From NCBI GenBank assembly GCA_020536535.1, contig JAHLWZ010000923.1:1-46754 (forward strand): a DNA stretch of 46,754 bases. Direction: 5' to 3'. This document shows positions 36,169-46,754 of this stretch, piece after piece. How positions within the stretch are numbered: the stretch's first letter is position 1; each line of letters begins with the position of its first letter. The position numbers and the translations under genes are program-made. Source of the DNA: Pelomyxa schiedti (taxonomy: Eukaryota > Protista > Evosea). The notes beneath the pieces were generated by a model, which worked only from the letters and a program-made list of their open reading frames with translations, did not search any database and was not told where the DNA came from.

Positions 36169-38418
36169 TTAGGAAGATTCTGGTGGTGGAGGTGATGGAC
36201 TGGGAGGGGGGAGAGTGACAACTGCTTCAGTGTTGGAAATGATAAGTTCCAGGGAGTTGTTGTGAACAAGGACACTGGCGGCTTTGTTTCCATTTCCGCA
36301 ATAGTGTGAGGATGAGAAAACAGTGACTGTGGTGGCCATTTTTGCTAGTTGAATGCCATCCTGGTGGAAAGTAAATAGGCCTGTAAAATGTTCCTTGAAT
36401 ACAAACGTGTGGGTACTGGTGAGCCCGAATTATGTGAGAGCATCCACTTTGCTCAAAGAACAGCTTGACTGCTAGTTTTCCAAACAAGCATGTTCCAGTT
36501 CCCCGTGGGTTAGAACCAAAACCACAGGGGAACATATTTTTCCCTAAATTTGTGAGAATTTATATTGTACTTTTCAACTTCGAACCTATCAATTTTCTTT
36601 CGTCATCTTCTGTAGCCGGGTCTGCCCAAAGGAGGTCAAAGACAAATTGTGATTGTAGAACTTTCACAGGGCGTTGTGTCTTTGATCGATTCAGATAAAA
36701 GAAAAAGTTAAAAGGCGAGCATACAGCCAAAATCTCGTTTAGTAAGTTGATATTATTCTGTGTCAGGGCGCGCGGAATACCAGCATGAACACAGAATATT
36801 CTGTTGTCTATAACAGAGGCAAGAGGCAGGTATCGGAAGCACTTATTTAGCTTTTTCCATAACAAGTCGCCTTCACGTTGCCAGTGAGTTAAGTAATTGA
36901 CTTGATTCAATCCCCTACCTTGCTCCGGATAGGCAGCTTGACACTGATACAGGAGGGAGCCTTCCTTATATGTACGGGTATCACCATTGATTTCTTTACT
37001 CTCGTGATTGCCTCTGAGCAAGAAAACCTTTGCCCTCTTAACTAAGAAGAAAGGATACAATTCGTACTTTTGTTGGTACTAGGACCTTGAATGCAAAAAG
37101 TAGTGCGATAGTTTCGATACTGTGGGGCCCTCTATCAACTTGATAATGATAAGTTTTCAATTGCATGAGTGCTAAAAGATAACACCATAGTCGCCAAGGA
37201 GTAAAAATTTGGCGGGAACGATCTCAAAGTAATTCCAAAGTCCGAAGGCTTTAGCAAAGCACACAAGATCCTGCTACAGTAAAAAACAAGATTGACACAG
37301 ATAAGCACTACCTTGTAATTACCGTGAAGGTCACCTAATACATAGATCGGAGGCTTGTGGCGCAGAAGGGTAGGTTCTGTTTGTAGAATTGCTATTGTTT
37401 CGTCAATAACTGCAATAATTTGCTGTACAGTCAAACACTCTGTAGGGGGATCCCATCTGAAGTGCATGTCAGAGAACGATTTACTGTGGGTAAAATTACC
37501 GGTGAGAAGGGCGAAATTGTTCATAGTTGTAATTGGTAACCTCCACGAACCTAGTGGGGAAAGTAAGGTATCTCGCATTAAAACTTTAGGTCGTACTTCG
37601 TTTGTAGTTTTGCAATTATTTCTCTAGCAGCTATTTTTCCGGGAGTTTCTGCCCTTGCAGTGCTGGAAACTAGAAGAAACACTTTAAGTAACAACCACAA
37701 AAAAAGGGATGTAACCTCTGTCAATCATAGCCAGTGATGCTACGCTGTTAGCCAAGGTTTTTTCAGTAAGTGGCTTGAGCTGAACTACACCACCTGGTGC
37801 TAGCTGCCAACAGAAAGTTAAGACCCCACAAAGAAAAAAGGAATAGAAAAAAGTTTTATGAAATTGCCCCATAGTATAGCTTGACTCGAATATTAGAAAT
37901 AGAACACACACCTCAGCAACTCTGGGACAAAGTTGGTACATTGGAGAGGCATAGCAAGACTGGCAGCCACATCTGCAACCGCACATCGAAGTCTGCGAGC
38001 CCCCTCCCGTAATTGCGCCGCCGCCGGATACCGGGGATCCCACGTATCTGGGAGGAGAAGGCGGAGACCCGAGGGGCGACGACGTCCTGGGGTATTCGGA
38101 CATACGGCTGCCGCCGATGGGCACCCCCATGCGAGATACGCCGTAGCCAGAGGCCGGCGGAATCTGACTTGTGGGAGAGTGGGGAGTCGATTGTGGGACG
38201 AGGGTCGGTTGGGTCCCCGGGGACTGAGACTGCGCGGATTGCTGCGTTGTGTTGTCTGAGGACGCATCGCCGCCACCAACGCCATGTTGCGACTGTTGTT
38301 GTTGCTGCGCAGTGGACGCCGTAGTGGCGCCCGAAAAGAACGGGAATTCCGAGTCCTCGGAATCGTCTCCCTCGACGTCATCCTGGTCCAGCCACATTTC
38401 CTGCTCGGCGTTGCTCAT
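36169..38418 (-). CDS. PPP-family Ser/Thr protein phosphatase with long N-terminal extension
   Basis: GDLHG, LLGDY/VDRGPHSIE, LRGNHE, CVHAGIP, DLLWADP, IIRAHQ, TVFSSSHYCG motifs across exons. Confidence 0.9.
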
Positions 38419-38646
38419 CGCAGACGAGATGCCAATTTAGTTTTTTCTCCGCAACCTCGACTTCCTCTTGTCATCAGAGTGAGTCCTCTGTTGTTCCCGG
38501 CCTGCCAAAACGCGGCCCGAATTCGGGGGGTTCTCCGAGTTGTGCGGTCTTGGCATTAGTTCCCTTCCTCTTCGATCTGTAGAAACGTGAAGGTCAAAAA
38601 GCCAAATAACTGTGAAGATTAAAAAAAGGAAGGAAAATATCTGAGG
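38419..38646. promoter_or_regulatory. Probable bidirectional promoter between PPP phosphatase and copine
   Basis: Head-to-head starts ~230 bp apart in CpG-rich DNA. Confidence 0.4.
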
Positions 38647-40717
38647 ATGAGTTACGGTACGTACGCCAACGGCACAACGTAAGATTAATGACTAGTAGGA
38701 TATAACCCGCAGCAGCAACAGCCTGGTTCTGGCTACGGTCAACCCACCGGCAGCGGTAACGTCTAGTTTTTTTTTTTTTTGATATGTACCTACCCGTCCT
38801 CACTTGTTTCCCCTTTTTTTTTTTTTTTTCCTTTTCCTGCGTTATTGCACTGTAGGGTATCCTCCGCAACAACCAGGGTATCCACCACAACAACAGCCTG
38901 GGTATCCTCCGCAGCAGCCGGGAGCGTACCCACAGCAACCAGGTTACCCACCACAACAACAGCCAGGATACCCCCCGCAGCAGCCCGGGGCGTACCCTCC
39001 GCAGCAGCCTGGTTATCCTCCACAGCAACCGGGTGCATACCCGCAGCAGCCGGGCTACGGCCAGCCGAAACCGGGATACCCCCCACAGCAGCCTGGTTAC
39101 CCGCCACAGCCGGGAACGCAGCCAGGCTATCCCCAACAGCAACCTGGGGCGTACCCACCGCAAACAGGCTACCCACAGCAACCAGGATATCCTCCACAGC
39201 AGCCAGGGTATCCTCCACAACAGCCAGGGTATCCCCCTCAGCAACCAGGTGCTTATCCAGGCCAACCTGGTGTGCTCTTTCCGGTTTTTTTTTTGTTTGA
39301 CAAGTCCCTGTTTTAGGTCAGCCGGGCATGGGGATGTCCGGACAACCAGGAATGGGAATGCCAGGACAGCCAGGAATGGGAATGCCAGGGCAACAAAGAC
39401 CAATGGGCCCAAATCCTGATGCCTACAGACCTTATGGTAAGGCATGTGTCTTGGCTTTACTCTAACATTGTTTAGTTCCCATGGGCCAACCACTTGGAGG
39501 AGGAGGAGGTTACGGTCCTGGCGGCTCTAGTAATCACTGAAACGAAAACCCTGCTTTTCTTAATCACTTTTCAGGCTTCTGTCCAATTGCCGATAGATAC
39601 AGAACTTTAGAGGAAGTCCAACAAGCTCTCCGAACTGCAGGACTCAAGTATCGATATTTTAATACTTGAATCTCCACCAATATTTTACAGTCAGGCCAAT
39701 CTCGTAATTGCTGTTGATTACACCAAGAGTAATGAAGAGACTGGGGCAATGAGTTTTCAAGGAAGATGCCTGCACACCATTATGCCAAACATGATGAATC
39801 CTTATCAAGTAAGGCACTCGTTTGTTTGCAAGGCTCATATTTACTAGAGAGTGATAGACATTATGGGACGGACCCTTGCTGCCTTTGATAGTGACGGAAT
39901 GATTCCAGTACTTCTCATTATAATCCAAATAGAATCTTACTTATCCTTAGACCTTTGGCTTTGGAGATTATCAAACTCAAGGACATGGATGCTTCCCATT
40001 CTATCCTGATGGTCATGCCTGCCGTGGCGTACAGTATGTATTGTGTCCTCTGTTTAACGTTCTTAAACCGCGCCAGGGAAGTTCTTCAGCGCTATGCGCA
40101 GGTAACCCCAACCACAACACTGTGGGGACCTACATCATTTGCCCCCGTTATCAGAAAGGCTGTAGAATTCGCTCAGCAAACCCGGCAGTATCAAATTCTT
40201 GTCATGTACACTCTTTCCCATTCTTCTTCTACTAAAGTGACATTTTAGTATTGCCGACGGCCAAGTGAATGACAATGGCGCAACTCGCCAAGCTCTAATT
40301 GAGGCTTCGCAATATCCTGTGTCCGTTATATGTGTTGGCGTAGGAGATGGTACGACGTTCAGTCCTTCTTTCTTTTTAACCACTCTCCAAGGACCATGGC
40401 ATGCTATGCGGGAGTTTGACGATTCTCTGGCTCAACGGAGATTTGATAACTTCCAGGTTTCGTCACACTCATTTTTCCCTTTCAGACCTAATTTTTCCCC
40501 TTAGTTTGTAGACTTCACTGGTTTAGCAGTTTGTGTTTCTATTTTAGTAAGTTTCCATACTCATTCTTTTAGAATGCATCTGGATACAATGTTGATATTC
40601 CGTTTGCTGTGGCTGCCCTACAAGAAGTACCAGAACAATTAGCATCAATGAGAAGGTGTGTCCCTCCTTGCCTAACTGCACTTACTCTTGTCCAGGCTGG
40701 GTATCCTTACTAACTAG
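38647..40717 (+). CDS. Copine/RGLG-type vWA protein with Pro/Gly/Gln/Tyr-rich N-terminus (no C2, no RING seen)
   Basis: [97 protein letters not shown]....[21 protein letters not shown]. Confidence 0.92.
38856..39390 (+). repeat. Coding tandem repeat: ~19 x G(A)YPPQQP, then GMGMPGQP units
   Basis: Directly visible in ORF 38804-39316 and the following exon. Confidence 0.9.
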
Positions 40718-41240
40718 GAATACAAGAAGAACAATAAAAAAAAACTTGCTTGTGAAAAGCACAACCCTTCTTAATTCTTGGACAACATCCCTTAACACAA
40801 AAGTAAATTCACCCCACGAAATCTGTTGGTGATGCCTGGTGTTCTTCATCATCCATAAGCCTTCTTGCAGTGTGGCACGGTGCTTTAGAATTAAGATACA
40901 GTTTGTGCCTACAATCAATCACATCGACATTTGGTGTAAGAACTTTGACCCAGTCAGAATTTCCACGTGAGACAGTCTGCAACTAGGAACTTTGCACAGG
41001 CTTTGTTGACAGATGCCAGAATCTCTTAGACAGTGTTATTTTCCATTTACATGGGGGAGTGAAAGGGGGGTAATCCTACTGAGGTCGTGGTGGTGTAGTT
41101 TCAGAGGTGTGGGCACCAGTGAATGTATATTCGACCTATTTGACAGGAGGAATAAAAATAAAGGAGAGTTGCTACCAAGTTGCTTTTTCACTTGCTTTGT
41201 CATCGTCAACCCAAAACCCACAGAAGCAGCAAGGGAAAAA

Positions 41241-41402
41241 ATGCCATTGCTGTACCATGGAACGCGGTGCTCGAGCTTATCAAGCATAGTAAACAATGGG
41301 TTCCTCCAAAGCAGTCACGGGCGGCTTGGACCAGGCGTCTATTTGTCGACGCTGGAAGTTGCCAGTTACAGAAACGAAGGGTCCACCGTGGAGGAACATT
41401 AA
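41241..41402 (+). CDS. Gig2/PARP-catalytic-like ADP-ribosyltransferase fragment (truncated or possibly pseudogene)
   Basis: MPLLYHGTRCSSLSSIVNNGFLQSSHGRLGPGVYLSTLEVA contains the YHGT and G.LG.GVY.S motifs of PARP-like folds; no clear continuation found. Confidence 0.6.
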   Translation: MPLLYHGTRCSSLSSIVNNGFLQSSHGRLGPGVYLSTLEVASYRNEGSTVEEH

Positions 41403-41607
41403 GGTTGTGAGGGAGTTCCCAGCCAATACCAATAAGGCTGGTCAGGCCACTGCGTAGCCACTGTTGGATGGTGGTGATTGTTGTTGCCTTGAGACTAAAA
41501 TACTCTGTGGAGTATACACCGACTACCGAATACTCCAATTCTTATTCATGCTTTGTTCTCTCTATGGAGAATTTTTTATTTGCGTTAATAAAAGTGGGAG
41601 GCCCAAA

Positions 41608-44382
41608 TTAGTTTGTGAAGGAGGCAGTGAGCCTGATGTCACGTGAAGAGGCTCCAACATAAGCCTTGAATGTGCCCCTCTGTTGCACAAACGAGTGTGA
41701 TTCAACATCCCAGGTGGACAAGTCCTTGCTGGGTGTGAGAGTAAAACTGACTTGGGTGCTTTCACCAGCTGCAAGGGTTACTTTCTCAAAACCACGTAGA
41801 ACCTTAGTGATACAAAAAAAAAAGGAAAAATCGTTAGGTTGTCAGAACCTCTGGAACTGGAACTTACTTGCGGGGGTTCACCAGCACTTGATGGGAATCC
41901 AATGTAAAGCTGGACTACCTCGGCACCACCACGAGACCCAGTATTGGTTACAGTAGCAGAAACGCCGGTGTTGCTGGCTGTTATAGCAGTGTACTCAAAG
42001 CTTGTGTAAGAAAGCCCATGTCCAAAGGGGAAGAGTGGGACCTGTCCCTTGGCATCATACCAGCGATAGCTACATAGGAGTGAGTTCTGATTGAATTTGG
42101 GTAGCTGGAAATCTTACCCAACAAGAAGTTGCTCTGTGTAAGTCTCAACGAGATTCACTCCTGGGTATTGCTCAGGTGTTTGGAGTGGTGTTTGGGCATC
42201 AGCAATGGGGAAAGTGACTGGTAGACGACCAGAAGGATTGACGTCCCCGAACAGTACAGCCGCGAGAGCGTTACCATCTTCCTGGAGAATAGCATCAGTT
42301 TTGAAGGATAAGAGAAAGCACTATTCTCTAACCTGCCCCGGATAGAAAGACTCTACGATTGTGGGGACCTCCTTTTCCCAAGGCATTAAAACGGCACCAG
42401 GTGAGTGGATCACGACGATGGTGTTTGGTTGGACATCAAGAACTTGCCAAATCAGATTATCCTAGGATGAGTAAGAGTTGGCACCGATATGTGGTGTGGT
42501 ACAGAGTCCAGAGGTAGTTCGAGAGATGCTCGGTCAGTTCCTTCTGCAGAGTCTACACCTACCACTATAATGGCAACATCAGATTCCTGGAAGTGATATC
42601 ACTTGATTTGGAAACGTCTGCCTGCTCAAACCTTGGCCAAGCGAGTTGCTTCAGAAAGAACTCTTCCATTCTTGTATTCTACCAAAGAAGCAGTTGCGCG
42701 TGTTTTTATCCCCTCATATGGAGTTACAATGTACTCGGCAAGCACATGTCCTGAACCAGATCCAGATATGATGGGGGAATCATGTGCAACAAGGCCAAGT
42801 ACAGCGATTTTCGTGAGCTTGTTGGTATCGAGAGGCAGAAGCTAGTTATTGATATGAGTCCTCTTGTATTTGATTGGTTTGCTCGCACGTTATTTGAGTT
42901 CTTTAAAAGTACTGTGCCAGCTTCACTCAGTTTTCGTGCAAGTTCGCAGTGCTCTTCACTTGTAGCATCAGCCCTGCCGCAGTGTTATAACATATTATTT
43001 TAGAATCAATATAACTGGAGATCGCCCGTCTGAGCATTGTCCATAAGACCCACAGCGTAATACGTGGTAAGAATGCGCAACGCCTTATCATCAATGGTTT
43101 CAACAGAGACCTTCATTAGGGGAAGAGCGGAATAAATTCTTCTGAATGAGGGGAAAAAATATTACTGTTCCAGCTGCAACAGCATCAGCAAGTGCATCAC
43201 CAAAATAAGTCCCACGAGGCATCTTGGAGTAGGTTTAGTTTCCACTTAAGGATGGTAAAACCAGTAATACCTCCATGTCAAGTCCACTGTTGGCTGCAAG
43301 TTCCGTGCTATGTGTGGCATACCAATCAGAGACTACAAAACCTTGGAAGCCAAGCGTCCCCTTTAAGTCTTGATTGAGAAGGTGATCATTCTCACAGGCC
43401 CAAGTATCATTTACTCTGGGAAGGAGTGTTGGACAACAAGACAGCAGGCAAAATTTAGTACTTGTTGTATGAACACATGATGGAACCAACACCAGCATCA
43501 ACAGCTGCCTGGAACTGAGGGTAGTATAATTCTGTGAGGAAGGAAAAAGGCAAATAAGAAAGGGAAAGGATAGATAGATCACCGAACCATATTGAGTTCT
43601 CTCATCCACATGCACACTAACGTTCATCCTATCGGTTTCGTCATTATTATCAGCAAGATGCTTTGAGCATGCAATAACTCCTTGTGACTGAATGCCAGGG
43701 ATTACCTTTTTTTTTTTATTGGGTGCTGTTTCAGGAGGAATGTTCGTTTTACTTGCGAAACATATGCGGAAGCGAGGTTTGGATCTTCTCCAGTTGTCTC
43801 GAAGTTTCTCCCAGCCGTTGGAACACGGACTAGGTTATTCATTGGTCCCAACATCATGTTGGAGCCCTGAAATTGATTAATAGTGGAACCCAAAGGAGAG
43901 TTATATACCTTGATCCTGTGCTCTTCTCCCATGGCTGCTCCAAACTGATAGAACAAGTCCTTGTCCCAGGAGGCTGTGACGCTCAGTGCAGTCGGCCAGC
44001 ATGTAACGTGACTTACTTCATCACCAACCTTGCCAAACTCAGAATGTAATAGCATTAGCTTTTGCAACATACACCCTGTGGACCATCCTCAAGGTGCAAC
44101 TGTGGAATGCCCCAAACCGGCACTCCTTCTACAGTCCCAATATACAGTGTGGTTCGAGACCCATGCACCTGTACTTTCTGTTAGTTTCCCCAACTACAAA
44201 CGGGGGGAAAAAACATAAGCAGGGAAAAAAAAAAAACCCAAAGCACATACGAGTCCTAGTTTCTGATTAAGAGTCATTTTGTCGACTAGAGCCTGTGCAC
44301 GCTCGGCTGGTGTGTCAGCGCCAGCATTCGCTGCAAGAAACAAAACAACAACAACCACCAAAGCAAAAGCAGTGTGCACCAT
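41608..44382 (-). CDS. Secreted glycoside hydrolase family 3 beta-glucosidase (with Fn3-like C-terminus)
   Basis: Signal peptide [20 protein letters not shown]; [44 protein letters not shown] (nucleophile), [37 protein letters not shown]. Confidence 0.95.
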
Positions 44383-44743
44383 CCTCCACAATCTGAGCTA
44401 TGTATCACGGAGGAAGGGAAAAAAAAAAGAAATCGAACAAGGCTCATACCCGTTCGTTTGATTCGTTGTTCTGGCAATCACAACCGTTTGGGGAACCACC
44501 TCAGCGGGTCTCCCAGATTGAAAGGCTGGAAGATTCATTGTTCCCTCTCACCCTGTTCTCTCTCAATTCGTTTCTGGTTCTGGGCAATGCGGGATCTCCG
44601 AGCTCCAGGAAATCAAAGAAATTGTCTCATCACAAACACTTTTCATTGCACACTGAAAACCATCGATGTTTGCTAACAACCCCGCGACTGGCCACGTATG
44701 TGTGTTGTTGATCTCAGTGTCAACCAAGCCCCTTCTTCCCCAG

Positions 44744-45336
44744 AAATGAACAACATTCAACAACGAATTTGCAGTCGCAAACGTCCTTCCTTTCCTTGGA
44801 AGCAGAAAACAAGTACCTGCAGACCACCGTGGAAGGTCTGCGAGCGCAAGTCTACAATCTTTCCCTCCGACCTCCCCATAATCAAGAACAACAAACTGGA
44901 ATTGGAACAGTCCTGCTTGTGGCCAATTTGGTTCCCGCCGTCAAAGAGAGAGACCTGATGGAGATTTTCGGTGAATTCTTTCCCAAGGTACCTTGCATTC
45001 CACTTCCTAGGAGAATCTCTTTCTTGAGTTTGAAAGTTTAAACTGTGCCCTGTCTACACACCCGATTTTATAATATAGCCTAACAAAATGCTCATCACAC
45101 AAAAAAATGTCATTCAAAAGAACACACAAATTGCAACCGAACATGGAGTAAGTCTTGGATATGCACTCATTGAATTTTCCAACCAAGCTGACCGGGACAG
45201 AGCCATCTATGTTCTGGAAAAAGTTGAAGTTGAAGGCCGGGAGCTGTTTATCAAACCATGTACTCAGTTAGAATCTTGTCCATTCCCTCCAACTCACAAC
45301 AGCATACAGGGAACTGGCCATTCCAAATGGCAATGA
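44744..45336 (+). CDS. RRM-domain protein with upstream coiled coil (5' end uncertain)
   Basis: RNP2-like LLVANLVPAVKERDLMEIFGEF and RNP1-like SLGYALIEFSNQADRDRAIYVLEKVEVEGRELFI. Confidence 0.7.
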
Positions 45337-45386
45337 ACCCAGTGGCAGGCTCCTTGTAATTTCTGGTAAAATAGATCTTTTTTTTA

Positions 45387-45496
45387 CTCAACGCTTTTCA
45401 TCTATGTTGGTGGTTGGTTTGTTGGCACAGGGTTTGGCCAGTGTGGCTAATTTATGCAAAACTTGCTTGGAGTTGTGCCCCACAATGATGGGTGGT
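45387..45496 (+). repeat. Left inverted repeat (110 bp)
   Basis: CTCAACGCTTTTCATCTATG...CACAATGATGGGTGGT. Confidence 0.95.
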
Positions 45497-46644
45497 CTTG
45501 CAAGGAAAGTTTATCCTTTGTGTTGGGTTTTTCTGTTGCTTCTTCTTGAATGGTTCAACAATTTGTGTGGTGTGATGAGGCTGACACCGGCAAATAACAA
45601 CGAAATTTATCAAGGAAACCTCCTTCAGTGGTGCTTTGCCTTGTATACCAGTTTTTGAGCTCAGTTTTCTAAGGCACAGATTGTGCTTGCTGGTGTGGTT
45701 ACCAACAACAAGGATGAGCTGCAGATTTGGGGGAACTCTCAGATGGAACTGTCTGTCACCATGAGTGGAACATAGTGAGGAATTTGGTTCAGGTTAAGGG
45801 TTTCATGTTGGTTACTCCAGATTGAGGGGGATGCCTTACTAAGTTTTGTGGTGCAAAGGCTTAATTGGGTGCTTTTCTAGTAATGTAATGTAATAATTAC
45901 GCTTTCCATGCTGAATCTTGATTTGCAGGATAGCTGCTTCAATGTCTGTTTCTGTGAGATGGTTGAGTTTCTTATTGGAAAGCTTTCTGGGCACTCTCAG
46001 AGATGATTGTTTTTGATCCACAATAGTGTGTTGGTTATGTTAGCATTCCACTCTTAATCAGTCATTGCATACACTTTTCATTAATTGTTGTAAAAGTTCT
46101 TTCTGGGATTTGAGGAATATTTTGGTGACTCAAACAGAACTTCATGACAGTCAAGCTCATCACATTTCAATGTCAGAAGTCTTTCTTCGTTGAAAAGAGT
46201 GCTTAAACAATGCCACAATCTGGTGAGGTAATTACATTCATTACTGTTCATGTAACAAGTTTACAACCTTGAACATTGGTCTTCTGCATCAATTGTCGCA
46301 CTTCCATGGATGGATGGCTCAGCTCAAGCTGGAACCTGTATGTTTTGTCTTGCCTCACCTCCAATATCAGGTTTTTTTTCCCCCACCATTCAACCTTGAA
46401 CAACCCTGTGTTGCACAGTGTTAGTGTTTTTGGCATTTCTTGTACAAGCAACACTGGTATGTGTCTCCTTTTTTTCTTTTTCAGTCTCTTTAGGTTCACC
46501 TCTATTATTATTATAGATGGTGCCTTGCTGGCTTTGTAGCTGAGAGCCTGTCACCAATTTACATCCCTCTCCCCTTTTATCTTCACCACACTCAACAATT
46601 CCACAGATGCCAGAAGGACTGACATCCACCTCACCTCCACACCC

Positions 46645-46754
46645 ACCACCCATCATTGTGGGGCACAACTCCAAGCAAGTTTTGCATAAATTAGCCACAC
46701 TGGCCAAACCCTGTGCCAACAAACCAACCACCAACATAGATGAAAAGCGTTGAG
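46645..46754 (-). repeat. Right inverted repeat (110 bp, reaches window end)
   Basis: ACCACCCATCATTGTG...CATAGATGAAAAGCGTTGAG is the reverse complement of 45387-45496. Confidence 0.95.

Larger units (their letters stand above)
45387..46754. mobile_element. Putative non-autonomous DNA transposon (~1.37 kb) with 110-bp terminal inverted repeats
   Basis: 45387-45496 is the exact reverse complement of 46645-46754; TA immediately precedes the left end; interior has only short broken ORFs and is strongly CpG-depleted. Confidence 0.7.

Noticed and set aside
38856-39270. CRISPR-like or satellite array
   Set aside because: Repeat is conserved at the protein level with synonymous variation, has no spacers, and is in a eukaryotic context.
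38594-39493. 299-aa antisense ORF rich in W/L/R
   Set aside because: Shadow of the GYPPQQP repeat of the copine gene.
45404-46737. Two ORFs with identical N-termini (MLVVGLLAQG...) suggesting duplicated genes or a transposase
   Set aside because: Identity derives solely from the inverted repeat; no DDE or HTH motif recognisable.
1-46754. Alternative genetic code or stop readthrough to explain fragmented ORFs
   Set aside because: Fragmentation in the genes I traced is explained by short spliceosomal introns; TAA, TAG and TGA all appear as true stops.

Overview
Gene-dense, intron-rich eukaryotic DNA with mostly ~40-60 nt GT-AG introns and many low-complexity insertions. The repertoire looks amoebozoan/protist (possibly an archamoeba such as Pelomyxa; inference only). 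Genes in order: 3' end of an Mtr4 RNA helicase; RING/B-box (TRIM-like) protein with filamin-type repeats and an ALK/LTK-like Gly-rich C-terminus; bacterial-type GNAT; TmcB-like multi-TM PAS adenylate cyclase; a large VIT-vWA-TPR-DUF2135 gene; RPL31; a small coiled-coil protein; myotubularin; START + double zinc ribbon protein; CHD6-9-type remodeller; PPP phosphatase; copine/RGLG-type vWA protein with GYPPQQP repeats; a Gig2/PARP-like fragment; GH3 beta-glucosidase; an RRM protein; and a CpG-depleted element bounded by perfect 110-bp inverted repeats. The standout is the gene at 13080-18924. By manual splicing, a near full-length but very divergent tubulin domain (beta-like C-terminus, GGGTGSG changed to ATGLGSG) sits in-frame inside the bacterial-type VIT-vWA...TPR-DUF2135(YfaP) scaffold. 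All gene models are hand-spliced, family calls come from remembered motifs rather than searches, and internal coordinates are approximate.
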